This document shows positions 1 to 11,629 of a stretch of DNA of 64,000 bases, in pieces; the stretch's first letter is position 1, and every line of letters begins with the position of its first letter. The DNA lies in assembly GCA_976226885.1 (NCBI GenBank), contig OZ320315.1, positions 97,526,001 through 97,590,000 of the forward strand, in the 5' to 3' direction. Origin of the DNA: Iphione sp. A-MEVVRFRX5. Its lineage: Eukaryota. Under the pieces are notes generated by a model. The model saw only the letters and a program-made list of their open reading frames with translations. It made no database searches and had not been told where the DNA came from. Position numbers and translations under genes: made by a program.

Positions 1-975
1 GGCACCTGTTTCAAATTGCCTTCCTCTGACTCGATACAGGTGTGCATGCTGAATAGCTGATAGAAAGGTACTTTCACCACCTGAATTGTAGCATGTGTAC
101 CATGTTGTTGCAGTTTGGATGTTGGAGGGTCTCAGGGTGCACAAAGTAAAATGTCTTTGGTTTGACAGGCTGCATGTCCTCACACATATGATCAAGCAAC
201 CTGACAAGAAGAGCTGTGTCTGGTAGATTATCATGACTGTCTGCTTCACTTAACAGCTCACGAATCACACAGGGAGATGGTTTTAGAAGATCAGCAGCAG
301 CTTGGTCCTTCACTTTCTTACAAACTGTTTCTTGTGTTCTAACCCAATATCAGGAGGATGTGTGTGTCCTGCTTTTTCATAATGGAACTCTGACCTATGT
401 TGGAGGACAGCTCTTTGACACTTGGCTGACTTCTTGCTGCATTTCCAGTTGATAGTGTGCTTGCCCGTCACCTGAGATAGTACCCAATGTTATCTGTCAG
501 GAGGTCATTCCCATTTCTCAATGCTCCTTTAAGAATCTCAAACTTTGGCTGTTCAATGGACACAGGAAGCTCTGGGTGGTTGCAGTCAAAATCCACTTTA
601 TCTAGTTGCACATCAGCAGCAACTGAGAATTTAATGGGAACTTGGTCACCTCATGTAGGGAGAGTCATGTCAAACTCATCTTGCCAGCTGAAGTCCCTCG
701 TGGTAAGGTCCTGCTGCTCATCACAGTGTCATTCATCTTCTGCTGGTTCAATTTACATATCACTGGCATTAGTCATATTCTCCACAGAGACACATGAAGC
801 ACTTCCAGTGTTGCAGCTAAACATCTCCCCATTGCAACTGTTGATAGAAGGACCTTGAGATATCAGTGTTGCACACACTGTGCTACCAACCACCACAGAA
901 GTCACAAGCCAATGACAAGAAGTAACTTCTGGAAGTAACTTCTTTTGTGCAGAAAGCACATGTAAACCTTGGTGT
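1..975 (-). mobile_element. Decayed Mutator-like (MULE) transposase with PHD finger, FLYWCH zinc finger and start of the DDE domain; runs off the window edge
   Basis: Minus-strand translation across frameshifts: CAFC..SLACDFCGGW*HSVCNTDISRSFY..WKCFMC (PHD, ~785-960); FEILKGALRNGNDLLTDNIGYY..WKCSKKSAKC..GHTHPPD (FLYWCH, ~345-550); KDQAAADLLKP; then TWY/ATIQVVKVPFYQLFSMH..KQVP (MULE D-G-T-F region, 1-105). Stops and frameshifts present. Confidence 0.85.
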
Positions 976-1089
976 TGTCATCATAAGACCGGTTTTAAGA
1001 CTGATGATAACTTGCTACCCCATGTTTATACCACTGCTGCTCACCATCAAAGAGCCTTTATATTCACTTTGATAATTACAGGTGATGAA

Positions 1090-2010
1090 AGATCATACTA
1101 GGATGAGGGGGTAGCAGACCAGGTGCCCTGAGCCTTTATTTTTTTCATTAGCGCACCCAGTTGTTGTAAATTTGTAGCCCCCCCCCCCTCTTGTCTAAAG
1201 CTATGGATTGAGCCGTGCGACGGATCATAGCCTAGCGATCTATCAATGATTCTGAGGATATCTGAGGATATCTGATATTACTTGCATCTGAAAGGGCCTC
1301 TTTTGTACAGGATCCCTGAATAATGGTTGGGGGTGCTCGTCTACTGGATCTGCATCACACATCTGTTCCAAAAGGGCAGTTGGGCAATACATTTTACCTG
1401 CTATCCTCTGCACGAGAATGAATCTAGCCTGGTTCTGCGAAAATGTTTTTGACAATGCTGTGCTCTCATGACCAAATGCAATGTCCTGCCTAGTCGACTG
1501 CTTATTACAATCGTATTCAATATACCACTTTGTAAATATGTTTGACTGACGAACAGGTGAATAATGCAATACGCTAAATATTGCCTTTAGCACTGTTGCT
1601 AATAGCCCCATCCTATGGCAGAATTCAATGTGTTTTTTAAACGTTCAAATGTAACTGACCACATTCATCATACAACGTGGAGGTATGTTCCTCTTTACCG
1701 ACATTATTGCTGTAGTGACCTTGATACGCTGACACGCCTGGTAGCTATGCTGGTCGACGACGAGCCTCATCATCCTCAGGGCCGATACATGCTGCTCAAC
1801 TACTCACTGGGGAGATGAATTTGTTTAAATACTCAATGTACAAACATATATCATCTGGACAAATCGGTTCCATCAACATATCATAATGTGAAAAGAATCC
1901 TAGGGCTAATTTAAACATACAGAGCCTGGCTCGGTGTGTGGACTGAGTTACCCCCTGCTGCTGTCGTATGGCTGCCTGCTGTGCTAGCTTTGTTAACCAT
2001 GGGTTTGTAA
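1090..2010 (-). pseudogene. Tyrosine recombinase (YR) of a Ngaro/DIRS-type retrotransposon, decayed
   Basis: ORF 1243-1611 reads VLKAIF..SPVRQSN..TRQDIAF..SKT..IAGKMYCPTA..QPLF; downstream across a frameshift LGYDPSHGSIHSFRQEGGGAT..IKAQGTWS..Y; upstream AAIRQQQG..MFKLALGF..ICLYIEYL..SP and VSALR. Matches the R-K-HxxR-W-Y pattern of YR retroelement recombinases. Confidence 0.8.
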
Positions 2011-2718
2011 TTAAAATTGGAGAATATGGTTAATGTCGCCATTTGTTGGAGAGACCCTTCTGATGGTTGGGAATTGATTGAGGAATCTTGTACGGCCTTG
2101 TACTTTGGCAGGTGGTCTAACCTAGAAAGAGCATAATAATAATAATAGATTTTATTGATTCCAACTATCGTCCTATCGGACGGTCTACATTGTGTGGAAT
2201 ACCAATACAAGACAATGTCTGATATTTAAATGACATAGTCGGGGGATAAATGAATATTTACACGTGACAAATGGATGATTGTGATATAATAGTAAGACAT
2301 TCATAGTTACATTCATAGTGTTCAGTAGAGCTTATCAGCCAAGGTATAGCATAAGAGTCCAGTGGTCAAATTGATCAGTCATGTTGCTAAAGAGTGGCTC
2401 AAGTTTATTCCAGTATTTTGCTCCTTGAAAAATAATTCCCTTCCTACAAACTTCATTCTTTGGAAGTATCTGATGTAGTAGTGGTCCATCTGCTCCTCTA
2501 GTGACTGAATCAGGCCTGAGTGGTAATAATCAAATCCGTATTGCTCTGAACATTGTTTTGATAATTATATGAATCCTTCGAACATAGGTGCTCTGGATAC
2601 CCAGATGCATATGCAGGTCCTTATTCTGTAGCTCATAAGCTTTTAGTTTTCTTTTTTGTCTCATGTTGTATATGATCCTCAAAGACCTGTTTTGCAGTGG
2701 CTGTATCTTTGCTTGTGT

Positions 2719-5121
2719 TTAAACAGAGCAGGCTGTGAGATACATGGTACTATAGTCTATCAGTGGCTGTAAAGTTGTTTTGTATAGCATCAGTGCAGTC
2801 TCAGGGGTGACATTACTTTTGATTTTGTTGAATTGGTAAATCTTTGTAGATAGTCTTTTGCAAACACTGTCAGCCTCTGTATTGAAGGACAGTTTATTAT
2901 CAATATTTATACCAAGATATTTGTAATTGTCAACCACTTTGAGATCTTGACCGTACAATTTAATAACAGGTTCATCAGATCCACAAGAGTGCTTTCCAAT
3001 TATTATGATTTGTGATTTGCTATCATTAATGGCCAATTTATGTGAGTTGCACCAGAGTTCTAACTCATCACAAGCCTTGGTCATTTTAGCAGTCAGATCC
3101 TTTGGACTAGACGCTTGAGTGTAAATGACAGTGTCATCAGCAACTAGTATAACAGGTTCACTGATGAACCATGTCAAATCATTGATGTATAGTGAAAATA
3201 GGAGGGGACCTAAGGTTGAACCTTGAGGCACACCACATTTAACCTCTCTGTTGCCAGATACAGCATTGTTACAACAAACTTGTTGCAACCTGTTAGATAG
3301 TCACAGAACCACGATAGTGTGTTCACAGTTGAATTCATTCTTTAAAGTGTCGATCAGTAGATCATGATTAACAGTATCGAAGGCCTTTTTCAGGTCTATG
3401 AATAATAGGCCAGAAATTTTATTATTTATTGCTTTGTATTGGTCATTCAGAAGTTTAAGTACAGCAGAGTGTGTACTTCTGTTATGCCTGAATCCAAACT
3501 GTGTATCTGAGAGAAGTGAGTGCTCTTCTAGATATCCATACAACTGGTTATAAACAAGTTTCTCCAATATCTTTGCAAATACTGATAGTTGAGAAATGGG
3601 CCTGTAATTCGTCGGATCAGAATGAGAACCAGATTTGAAGAGTGGAATCACTGTTGCAGTTTTCCAGTCAACCGGTACTTTGCTGGATTTAATTGAAATA
3701 TTAAGCAAATGTGTCAACTGGTTAACAGACTGTCCAAGAATGATTTTGAGTATTTTTGTACTCAGTCGTGGTACATTTGATGCTTTGCTTGATTTAAGAT
3801 TCAACAATACCTTAGCAACCTCACTTCTTGTAATTTCTCTGAGCGAGAATTCATCATAAGGTGTCACGTTTGAGACTGGACTACCAGAGGTATTTGCTAC
3901 AGGGACATTATTCATGATGTGATATCCACAGTTAGTGAAATGAGCATTGAACATGTCAGCCACACCGGATGGATCCTCACTTGCCCCAGTTAAAGTGATA
4001 TGATTTGACTTCTTAGGTTTCACACCAGTCAGTGATTTAATTGAGTCCCACATCTTTGAGGGGCATTTTCTGTTTCAATCTTAGCTTGTGTATATCGTTC
4101 TTTATGTAGTTTTACATTTTTGATGAGGTCATTTCGTAGCTTTCTTGCTATGTTGATGGTATCCTCATCCTTCCTTTGTTTAGCTTTTTTGAGGTAGTAA
4201 TTTTTTAGCCTAATTTGTTGAAGAAGTTGTTTAGTCATCCAGTGAAGAAATGATCAGCCATCATGAGAATATTTGAGTAATATACTCTCCATGCCTCTTC
4301 AACATCAGTAGTATTATAAAGATGATACCAATTAAGGCTGTCCAGATAGTTTTTTAAGTCTTCTGTGTCATAGTTATCTATTCTACTTCTAATGTAACGA
4401 ACTTGAGGTTGTTCCTTGTCTACCTTGGTTTTCTGTTTTTTCTTTATAATAAATGCAACATAATGGTAGGATAGATGGGCATCAAATGTACCTGCTTTCA
4501 TGATATTTTTGATGTTTGAGAATAACACATCAATCAGGCTGTTTCTATAAATACCTGGCCTAGTCGGTTCATCAATACGTAAGACAAGCCCATATGACAG
4601 AAAGAGTTGTTTGAGATCAGCTGAAGACTTGCAGGATTTATCAAGCATGCTAATGTTAATATCTCCTGCCAATAAGACATCTCTCCTGTTATCGATTGAT
4701 CCTAATATTGACTTGATTTTGGCTGTAAAATTTGGTATGGAACCTGCTGGTGGACAATAGCAGTTGTTTTCTTGTGATTGGCTGGTGTTAACAGTACACA
4801 TTGGATCTCTATTTCAGGGCTACTGATGTTGAGATGTTTATAGTGATTGTCATCAATCATATGCTTGCTGTATATAATAAGCCCACCTCTACTCTTGGAG
4901 GGTTGATCAATGTAGTTTCTATCCAATCTGCTAGCATTGTATCCTTCAAATGATATTAGATTAGAAGTAATGTTTGGCATGAGCCATGTCTCCTGAATAC
5001 AAATTGTATCCATGTTGTTATTAACAAGTATCACATTTAGTAAGGAGGCCTTTCTATAGAGAGATCGTATATTAAGCTGACATAACTTGGCACCCTTTAT
5101 GTCTTTAATGGAGTCAACCAT
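2719..5121 (-). pseudogene. LINE ORF2 remnant: apurinic endonuclease plus reverse transcriptase, broken into at least 5 frames
   Basis: LCQLNIRSL, ICIQETWL, RLDR..SRGG, LAGDIN, PTR..SLIDVLFSN (APE); WKTATVIPLFKSG..PTNYRPIS, QFGFR, FIDLKKAFDTVNH, GVPQGSTLGPLLFSLYINDL, VADDT, YKYLGINID (RT). Confidence 0.95.
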
Positions 5122-5460
5122 GTTAGAACAATTAATATATATCTACATAGACAAAACAGCAAATATAAATGGGCACATAGGCCCACAAACACTTGGAATA
5201 ATATGAATAACCTTGGCTTGAGGGCTAGACAAGAACACAAGTGAATGGTATAGATAGTCGACACTGTGTGATGAAATGATAACATAGTAACAGATGCAAA
5301 TATGGTATCAATATTGACTAAATACATTAGTTAAGTGTTAATGAGAGTTTATTGTGGTAACTTGGTGTGCTTCAAGAAAAGAACAGTATGTTGAACTATA
5401 CATAGATTCAGATAAGTACAAAATGTGAATATGAGCAGAGATTTTGAGGTAAAGTGATTC

Positions 5461-5761
5461 ACCATCATGATCTGACTCGCATATGCAACTAATGCGCAGA
5501 CATGATGCAATGAACGATGAGGTAAATTTATTTACCATCATCCAGTACAACAAGTAGACTGAAGTGCCTTGATGAAATAATATACCATGATATGCCATCA
5601 TGATCTAACTCACATATGCTACTTATGCGCAGACATGATGCAATAAACGATGAGGTAAATTTATTTACCATCATCCAATGCGACAAGTAGCTGAAGGGCC
5701 TTTATGAAATAATACAAAACGTGGTAGTATTAGAGAATGAGGTAAATTAATTTACCATCAT
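5461..5761. repeat. ~133-bp tandem repeat (2 copies plus a partial) in the LINE inter-ORF spacer, each with a palindromic core
   Basis: GATGAGGTAAAT-TT-ATTTACCATCATC at 5516-5542 and 5649-5675; variant at 5737-5761; flanks of the first two copies also align. Confidence 0.85.
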
Positions 5762-5786
5762 GCTGATTGAAAGAGAGACTAATTAA

Positions 5787-6430
5787 TCAGTTTGGGTTGG
5801 TTGATTTGAGGAATTGCTTGGCCCAAAAGGATGTTGTCTCAGATGTCGGGTGTAATCCATCATATAATTTATTGAAAAAGGCATGATACCTATTACTCTT
5901 GCCCTGATATGTATGAACAGGAGCCTCAACCCATGCAGGAGTAACCTCAAGATAAAGATTGCTTTTAATAATTAGGTTATTTATTTTTTTAATCCCCTTA
6001 ATGAAGGCCTTTTGTGTTTCAGGGTCTACTGGGATGAAGAGGTTATCTGAAGATGAGTAGGTGTTATATTTATCAAAATCAATTGCCGTGATGGGACACC
6101 AGACAATTGGAGGTAGATGGCTAATCTCACTCATGCGCGAGACATGCATTCGAAGAAGCCCTGCGAAATAATTTAATAATTCTTCATCAGTGTCAAATCT
6201 GGGAACAGATCTCCCATCTAGAGAATGTCTCTTGATAAGATCACAGATGCCACAAAAGATGTATATAAGACTATAGTTTTTGATATCCATATCTGTGTAG
6301 ATGGATTTGGTGATACGATGGAGATCTCCGCCTGGAAGTATTCGGACTTCATAACAATTATTAACACCATCCACTTCATTGAATTCATCCTGTAGACCTT
6401 TACCACGAGAATCAGAGAGAATCAGTATTC
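5787..6430 (-). CDS. SGNH/GDSL hydrolase (esterase)-like ORF internal to the LINE; probable start codon is frameshifted
   Basis: In frame upstream of the called ORF: ILILSDSRGKGLQ (block I); ILPGG (II); YIFCGICDL (III); LYDGLHPT..W (V). About 214 codons without an internal stop. Confidence 0.75.
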
Positions 6431-6520
6431 ATCATGGAGTGTGTGGTAGATCTAGCTGCTCTCCCTGCAAGAAATTAATATAGGGGATATTGGAGCTTGC
6501 TAGTGAGCATAGAAGTTGAA

Positions 6521-7758
6521 TTAAATTTCACTACAAATTTGCATCCAAATCCTTCCTAAGGTATTTTCACCTTTGTGATTGTTGGATCTAAGGTGTTTGG
6601 ATAGAATACCCACTCCAGATGCGAAGAATGAATCAGAGCTTTTTTCTTTGTGTCCTTAAGGAACTTTTGAGATCTGGGTTGTTTTTCAGCTTGATTAATA
6701 ATTTTTTCAGTTCCTTACCATCTTGCGGCTCAGCTTTAGTTGATTTGGGCAGGGTGTTCCTGATATTGATAATCTTTTCAATCGAATGTGTTTCAGTCAC
6801 AGATTTGGCAAGATTGTTTCGTCCCACTTGTTTCGCCTGGTCATACACAAGCGCATGAGTAACCATTGGTAGCGTTATGCAATCGACCTGAATCGGTGTT
6901 GGATAGTCATTGCACAATGGCGAATGCTTACTTTCAAAATAAACATGCGAGCCTGTTACTACAGTAGTAGCAGATGTTAGGTTCAACTCTTTTGGTAATA
7001 GGTGAATCTGGGTATGGTGATAATTTTTTCCATCAATAATGAAGAAAAGGCCAAAGACGGCCGACTTGAAACCCTTGTGCTTTGCAAGGTTAGCTATCAG
7101 TTTCAAATCCTTTTGAATTCTAACTGCTTCAGTGGGGAGATCCTCACTTATCCAAATATTTGGATGTTCTTTAGCTAGATTAAACCTGTTCTTGAAAATC
7201 ATGTCCCTGTGCTCAATACGTGAGAATTGGACTAGCATAGTGGGGGTCTTGAGCTTGTTAACAGGGTAGGCGTCTCATAGCTTGGAATCGGATAGCTTGG
7301 GTGAAATGTCTCTTAATAGATTGCCTACTTGTTGTTTGACAGTAGTGGAATTGTTGATATTGAAACCATGTATGATTAGGTTTGCCCTTCTATTCTTGAT
7401 CTCTGTGTCAAGATATAGGTTTTTTAACTCATCCACCTGAGCTTTTAGTTTAAGGTTTTCGTTCTTGTGAAAAATAGTTGTGGCGAAGTCTTTTTCCTTA
7501 TTTCCTTCTGTGCTGATTTTAGTTTACCCTTTATGTTAGAGGGAGATTCAATATTTGCAATAGGAGAGGGAATGGAATGATTATTAGTGGTAGTACCATC
7601 AGTTCCCTTGGTGTCGACGTACTCGGCCCGCCGCTGGTTATGTTGACCAGGCTGGAATCAGTGGGTGACCCGTCAGGTTTAGCAGTGACCACGCCTTGAC
7701 CAGTCGTGCTAGGCACCGGACTTCCTTTGTTCCTCGTACTCCTCTCTTTTCCTGCCAT
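6521..7758 (-). pseudogene. LINE ORF1 (coiled coil / RRM-CTD type) with C-terminal NADAR (YbiA-like) domain, frameshifted
   Basis: LVQF..HRDMIF..IWISEDLP..FIIDGKNY (ORF1 RRM/CTD); then YFESKHSPLCNDYPTPIQVD..YDQAK and, after frameshifts, SDSFFASGVG..KGENTLGRIWMQI* ending at 6521. Confidence 0.75.
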
Positions 7759-7942
7759 ACTGCAGTCAATTCCCGTCTCCTGTTTCTCCTGTTATTTTCT
7801 GAGGCGTGTGGAACTTTGATTAATCAAGATTGTGTGGTTAATTAGTAAGTAGACTGTGTATAGAACAAAATACTAGCCTTGACTCAAGAGCGCACCGTGA
7901 ACCACGTCCGTACAGTACGCCACCATTGTAGCACCTAAGCAT

Positions 7943-9700
7943 CTTATCTTTAGCTCTGCGATATGTACAAATATGTACGAGCATCGATTGTTGCATAGAT
8001 ATCAGAGAACTCAATAATTGAATGGTATTTTAGACCTATCATCTTGATTGCGAATGCTACATTGATGTCTTCCAATCCTTACTGGCTGTACCTGCTCTTG
8101 TGTCATGGTTTGGGGCTGTTGGGGTTGAGGTTGGTACACTGGCTGAGCCGCCACCCCCTGTTTTGTCTGGTCAAGCCACTCCTGTGACCCCAACATCTGC
8201 AGTAAAATCCACAGCCCCTGCTCTTGCAGATGAAGCAGCAGCAAATGGTTTCCTCTCTAATTGGCCCAATAAAGCCAAGTTCTCCTTCACCTGCTTCACC
8301 TTCCCTAGAAGATCATTTCCAAACAGGAAGCGGGGTGAAGGAGGACAATCTTCAGACACCAGTCTTTTAAAAGCAGGAGGCAAGGAAGGCTTGACCTCCT
8401 CCCTCCGATGCTTAATCAAGGCCTGGTGTGCAGATTCGCCCAAGAGCAGTGCATCCACAAGTGCATCCTGTGCAACCTTAGCCCAGGCAAGATGCTCTGC
8501 CATGGGAGCCACCTATTGGAAGGCCCTGCCAGCGGCAACCATGGAATCCATGACATCACCCCCAATATGCTGGAGCGTTCATTCTCTAGCTTGGTGCTCC
8601 TTGTCCAGGATGTTGGCAAAGAGTAAATCATTCAGTCTTCACACCTGGAGGTGCTCCGCTCCCTCTGGCATATGGTACATTTGTTGGTATACAGAAAACT
8701 TGTAGCTTTAGTACCAGTCTCGAGTATAAGCCCCTGCGGCCGTGAGTGAGGCATCACAGAACAACTCCGTGTGCTCATATGGAATGCTGATGGGTGTGTA
8801 GCCATTATATTGAATGTTTATGTGACGTATATAAGAAATCTTATAAACCAAGTAAGATCCTCCCAGTATTGACATAATAACCAAGCAACAAACAACCGTG
8901 CTGGTTTGACACATCGAGCCACAAAATTAAGAAGACCCAGTAACTTCTGATTTTTTCTGAATGTGACTCTTTTTCCAACTCAGTGTTTGACGAACATGCG
9001 TGAGTACCGACTCTATTTTTTCAGGAGGACATACATCCTCATTGCATCAATGTCAAATATAATTCCTAACCATTTAATTAACCTTCTTGGAGGAACACTC
9101 TTGTCTGTTGCTAGCACTAAACTCAGGGATTGCACAAATGTTATACAATACTGAAAGTCATGTTGGGCTTTTTCCAGTCCATGGGTATAGAACAGAAAAT
9201 TTTGCAAATAGACAAAACCTCTAATTCGCAACACCTTCTTAAGATGCGATAATATTCTCTGCGTAACCAGTTGTAGGAACATTGAGGAATATCTGGTGCT
9301 GATTTGGAGTTTCTTCTCAAAATAACAATTTTGTTGAACCTAACAGCAGCCAATCTAACGGATCTACTTTGAACAGACAGTACGCTCTCTTTAGATAGAC
9401 CAGACATATAAATCCAATGGATTTTTCGCGATCACTGAAACGAGATGTGGGGTAGAAGGCAACACAACGTTAGCATATGCATCAAAATAATTTTCTGATG
9501 TGTATGTGAGTGTTAACCGCACTAAATGTAACATCTACTATAATTCTCTTATCTACCGGACCTTCCTTCGCTCTCGTCATCATAGGGCTGACCGAATACC
9601 ACAGGTTGAAAGGTGGAGATCTAAATGGACCTAAAAGGGTGTCATATTTCAACTCTGTGCCTGCTGGAAAAGAATTAGATGATTGACTTACAACCCCATA
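7943..9700 (-). mobile_element. Ngaro/DIRS-type reverse transcriptase and RNase H remnant (interrupted by the gag fragment at 8105-8700)
   Basis: TLLGPFRSPPF..SPMMTRAK..KRIIVDVTF; FVYLQNFL..KSVPP..WLGIIFD; LFCDASLTAAGAY (RNase H); LEDINVAFAIKMIG and FVHIA; DALSR can be reconstituted across the LINE insertion. Confidence 0.75.
8105..8700 (-). mobile_element. DIRS1-type gag fragment
   Basis: YHMPEGAEHLQV*RLN..LQHI..DALVDALLLGESAHQALIKHRREEVKPSLPPAFKRL..P..FLFGNDL..KVKQVKE resembles the DIRS gag block DA..LLG....RRE..KP.L..LFG.DL. Confidence 0.7.
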
Positions 9701-10089
9701 TTATATTCCTCCAGCTTGTTCTCCATCCTCTTCCACGCTTCTTCAAAGCAGGCCTCTGTAGCCTGTCTTGCTATGCTTCAGATCTAAATACACTAGCAGT
9801 TGATAATGGATTTCGACCATTTCACTCCCACCAGCTCCTAATGGAACTAATATTGGTGTACATTGGTCTAAATACATACATACATTCTAAATACATTTTG
9901 TCATGGGTTGGCTCCATGATCACCAGTTTCAAAGATAATCTATTTGCCATTGCTTTACATTGAGGTGATTTATCACACCTCTTGAGCCAGTTTACACAAA
10001 CATTCCCACAAATTATCACTGAGATGTCCCCTTTGGAGAAGATCATGCCTACATGTTCCTCTTGATCTTTTTTTCCACTAGTGGTCTGC

Positions 10090-10250
10090 CTTATGTACAT
10101 GTCCTTAAGGTCCTCTGACAAACTGTTTTCCACTCCTGTTCTGCCTTTTTTATATGACAGCAGCTTTGTATCTCATTACCTTACTCCTTATACTGAATGT
10201 CCAGTGTTTTCTTTGTATATTTGTAGCCATGTGAGTCCACGTACATCACT
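10090..10250 (-). pseudogene. Isolated FLYWCH zinc-finger remnant (MULE-related)
   Basis: VDSHGYKYTKK / WTFSIRSKVMRYKAAVI..FVRGP*GHVHKAD across one frameshift. Confidence 0.55.
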
Positions 10251-11629
10251 TCTTCGATTGGTCAACGAATTCCTACTCAGACCTCTTCCTCCTGCAGGGA
10301 TGCTGGTGCATGAAATGAAACTGTCAGGAAGATTGACTGGGCTGTTGCAGTGACTAGCTTTTGGCCTGAAGTAAATGAAAAAATCATTTCAATTTAATGC
10401 AGGGTTATCAGTAATGATACGAAAAATGACCATGTTCTCTTTCAATATCATATCATCTTTACAAGTGATTTTCTGACAAGTTGCCTCCATTACTGCCTCT
10501 GATTGACGTGATGCTATGCTGGTATTATCACAGGGCAATATGTTGCTTACAACGGCCTTAATGAAATAGAAGTAAGTCACACTCCAACTGGAATGTTTCT
10601 GCTGTAAGGAGTTGTAGGTAGCATTCTGTATATGCACACTAGTAATATAAACCTGGTGTCTCTGGTCTCTGTGCTGCCACAGCACACTATTCATTGGTCC
10701 GCTTCATTGTCCTGGCTGGGGTTGGCAGGTCAGGAACTGTCCTTGGCAGAGTCTGCGGTGGTGTCGTTGCTGGGGACAGTGTAGTTGCTTTTGGAGGTAT
10801 CATCGCTTGTCATGGTGGAGTTCCTTTCAAAGCGGGGAGGGGGGCTGCAGTCCTGGTTCTTCTTGCTTGTGATTCAGTCGATGCAGGCTGCCTTGGGTGG
10901 GCCTTACCCCTCCTGGCTGGACCGGGGGGGTGTTTAATCATCCTGCTGTCAGCTGTCCTCGCCCCCCTCTCCTGCAGCTCAGGTGGTACAGGGTGTCTCC
11001 GGGGGGCCTCAGTTCTCCTGGCCGAGGTGGTGTCTCGTTCTTCTTCCTGGGCTCTGCTAGTCCAGGTCAAGGGGGGAGGGCAATTTCTTATAAGTGCTTG
11101 AGTGAATCTTCTACATTCCTATCTATCCCAGATATTAATGGAGCTAAGTGTGCTACCAACATAGAAAAAAAACTTTTTTTCCCCGGAGGATTTATTTTCA
11201 CAGTCCTTAATCATTTGATTATGATATTGTACACAAATTTTTACATGTAAGAGTTTATTCGAAATACTTCTCAAGTTATGACGTTCAATGCTTGATTTTG
11301 CTGATTGGCACACATTCCACTTTAGTTTATTGTAACTCGTTAATAATGCACTCCCTCATGTATTACACCACTTACCCACAACATATTGTAGGACAGACCC
11401 ATCATCAGATCGGTGCCTCGTCGATAATTTCATGAACCTACCACGATGTCTCTGGTGTTGGGTGGCCATCACTGGTGCTGAAATGTTCAACTGTTAGATT
11501 GAAGATAGCTATGTGTCAGTTAATTTTACCGTGAATGGCAATACCAATATGGGTGAGGTCCTGACCAACACTCGGTAAGAAAAAAAAACCTTTGTACTGC
11601 TCCTAGCAAATATTGCTGTGTTAATGTCA

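Larger units (their letters stand above)
2135..7937 (-). mobile_element. Full-length but frameshifted CR1/L2-like LINE (~5.8 kb): ORF1(+NADAR), SGNH ORF, ORF2 (APE-RT)
   Basis: 3' end (minus strand) is AATAAA followed by (TAT)n at ~2132-2156; AGCAT flanks both ends (2130-2134 and 7938-7942, candidate TSD); RT and endonuclease motifs inside. Confidence 0.9.

Noticed and set aside
8100-8705. 201-aa plus-strand ORF, and similar plus-strand ORFs at 487-858, 41355-41723, 48291-49493, 63479-63871
   Set aside because: Antisense shadows of minus-strand TE coding sequence; no domain motifs of their own.
10389-11101. Candidate gag of the Ngaro-type element upstream of RT
   Set aside because: Position fits, but the sequence is low-complexity and I found no diagnostic motif.
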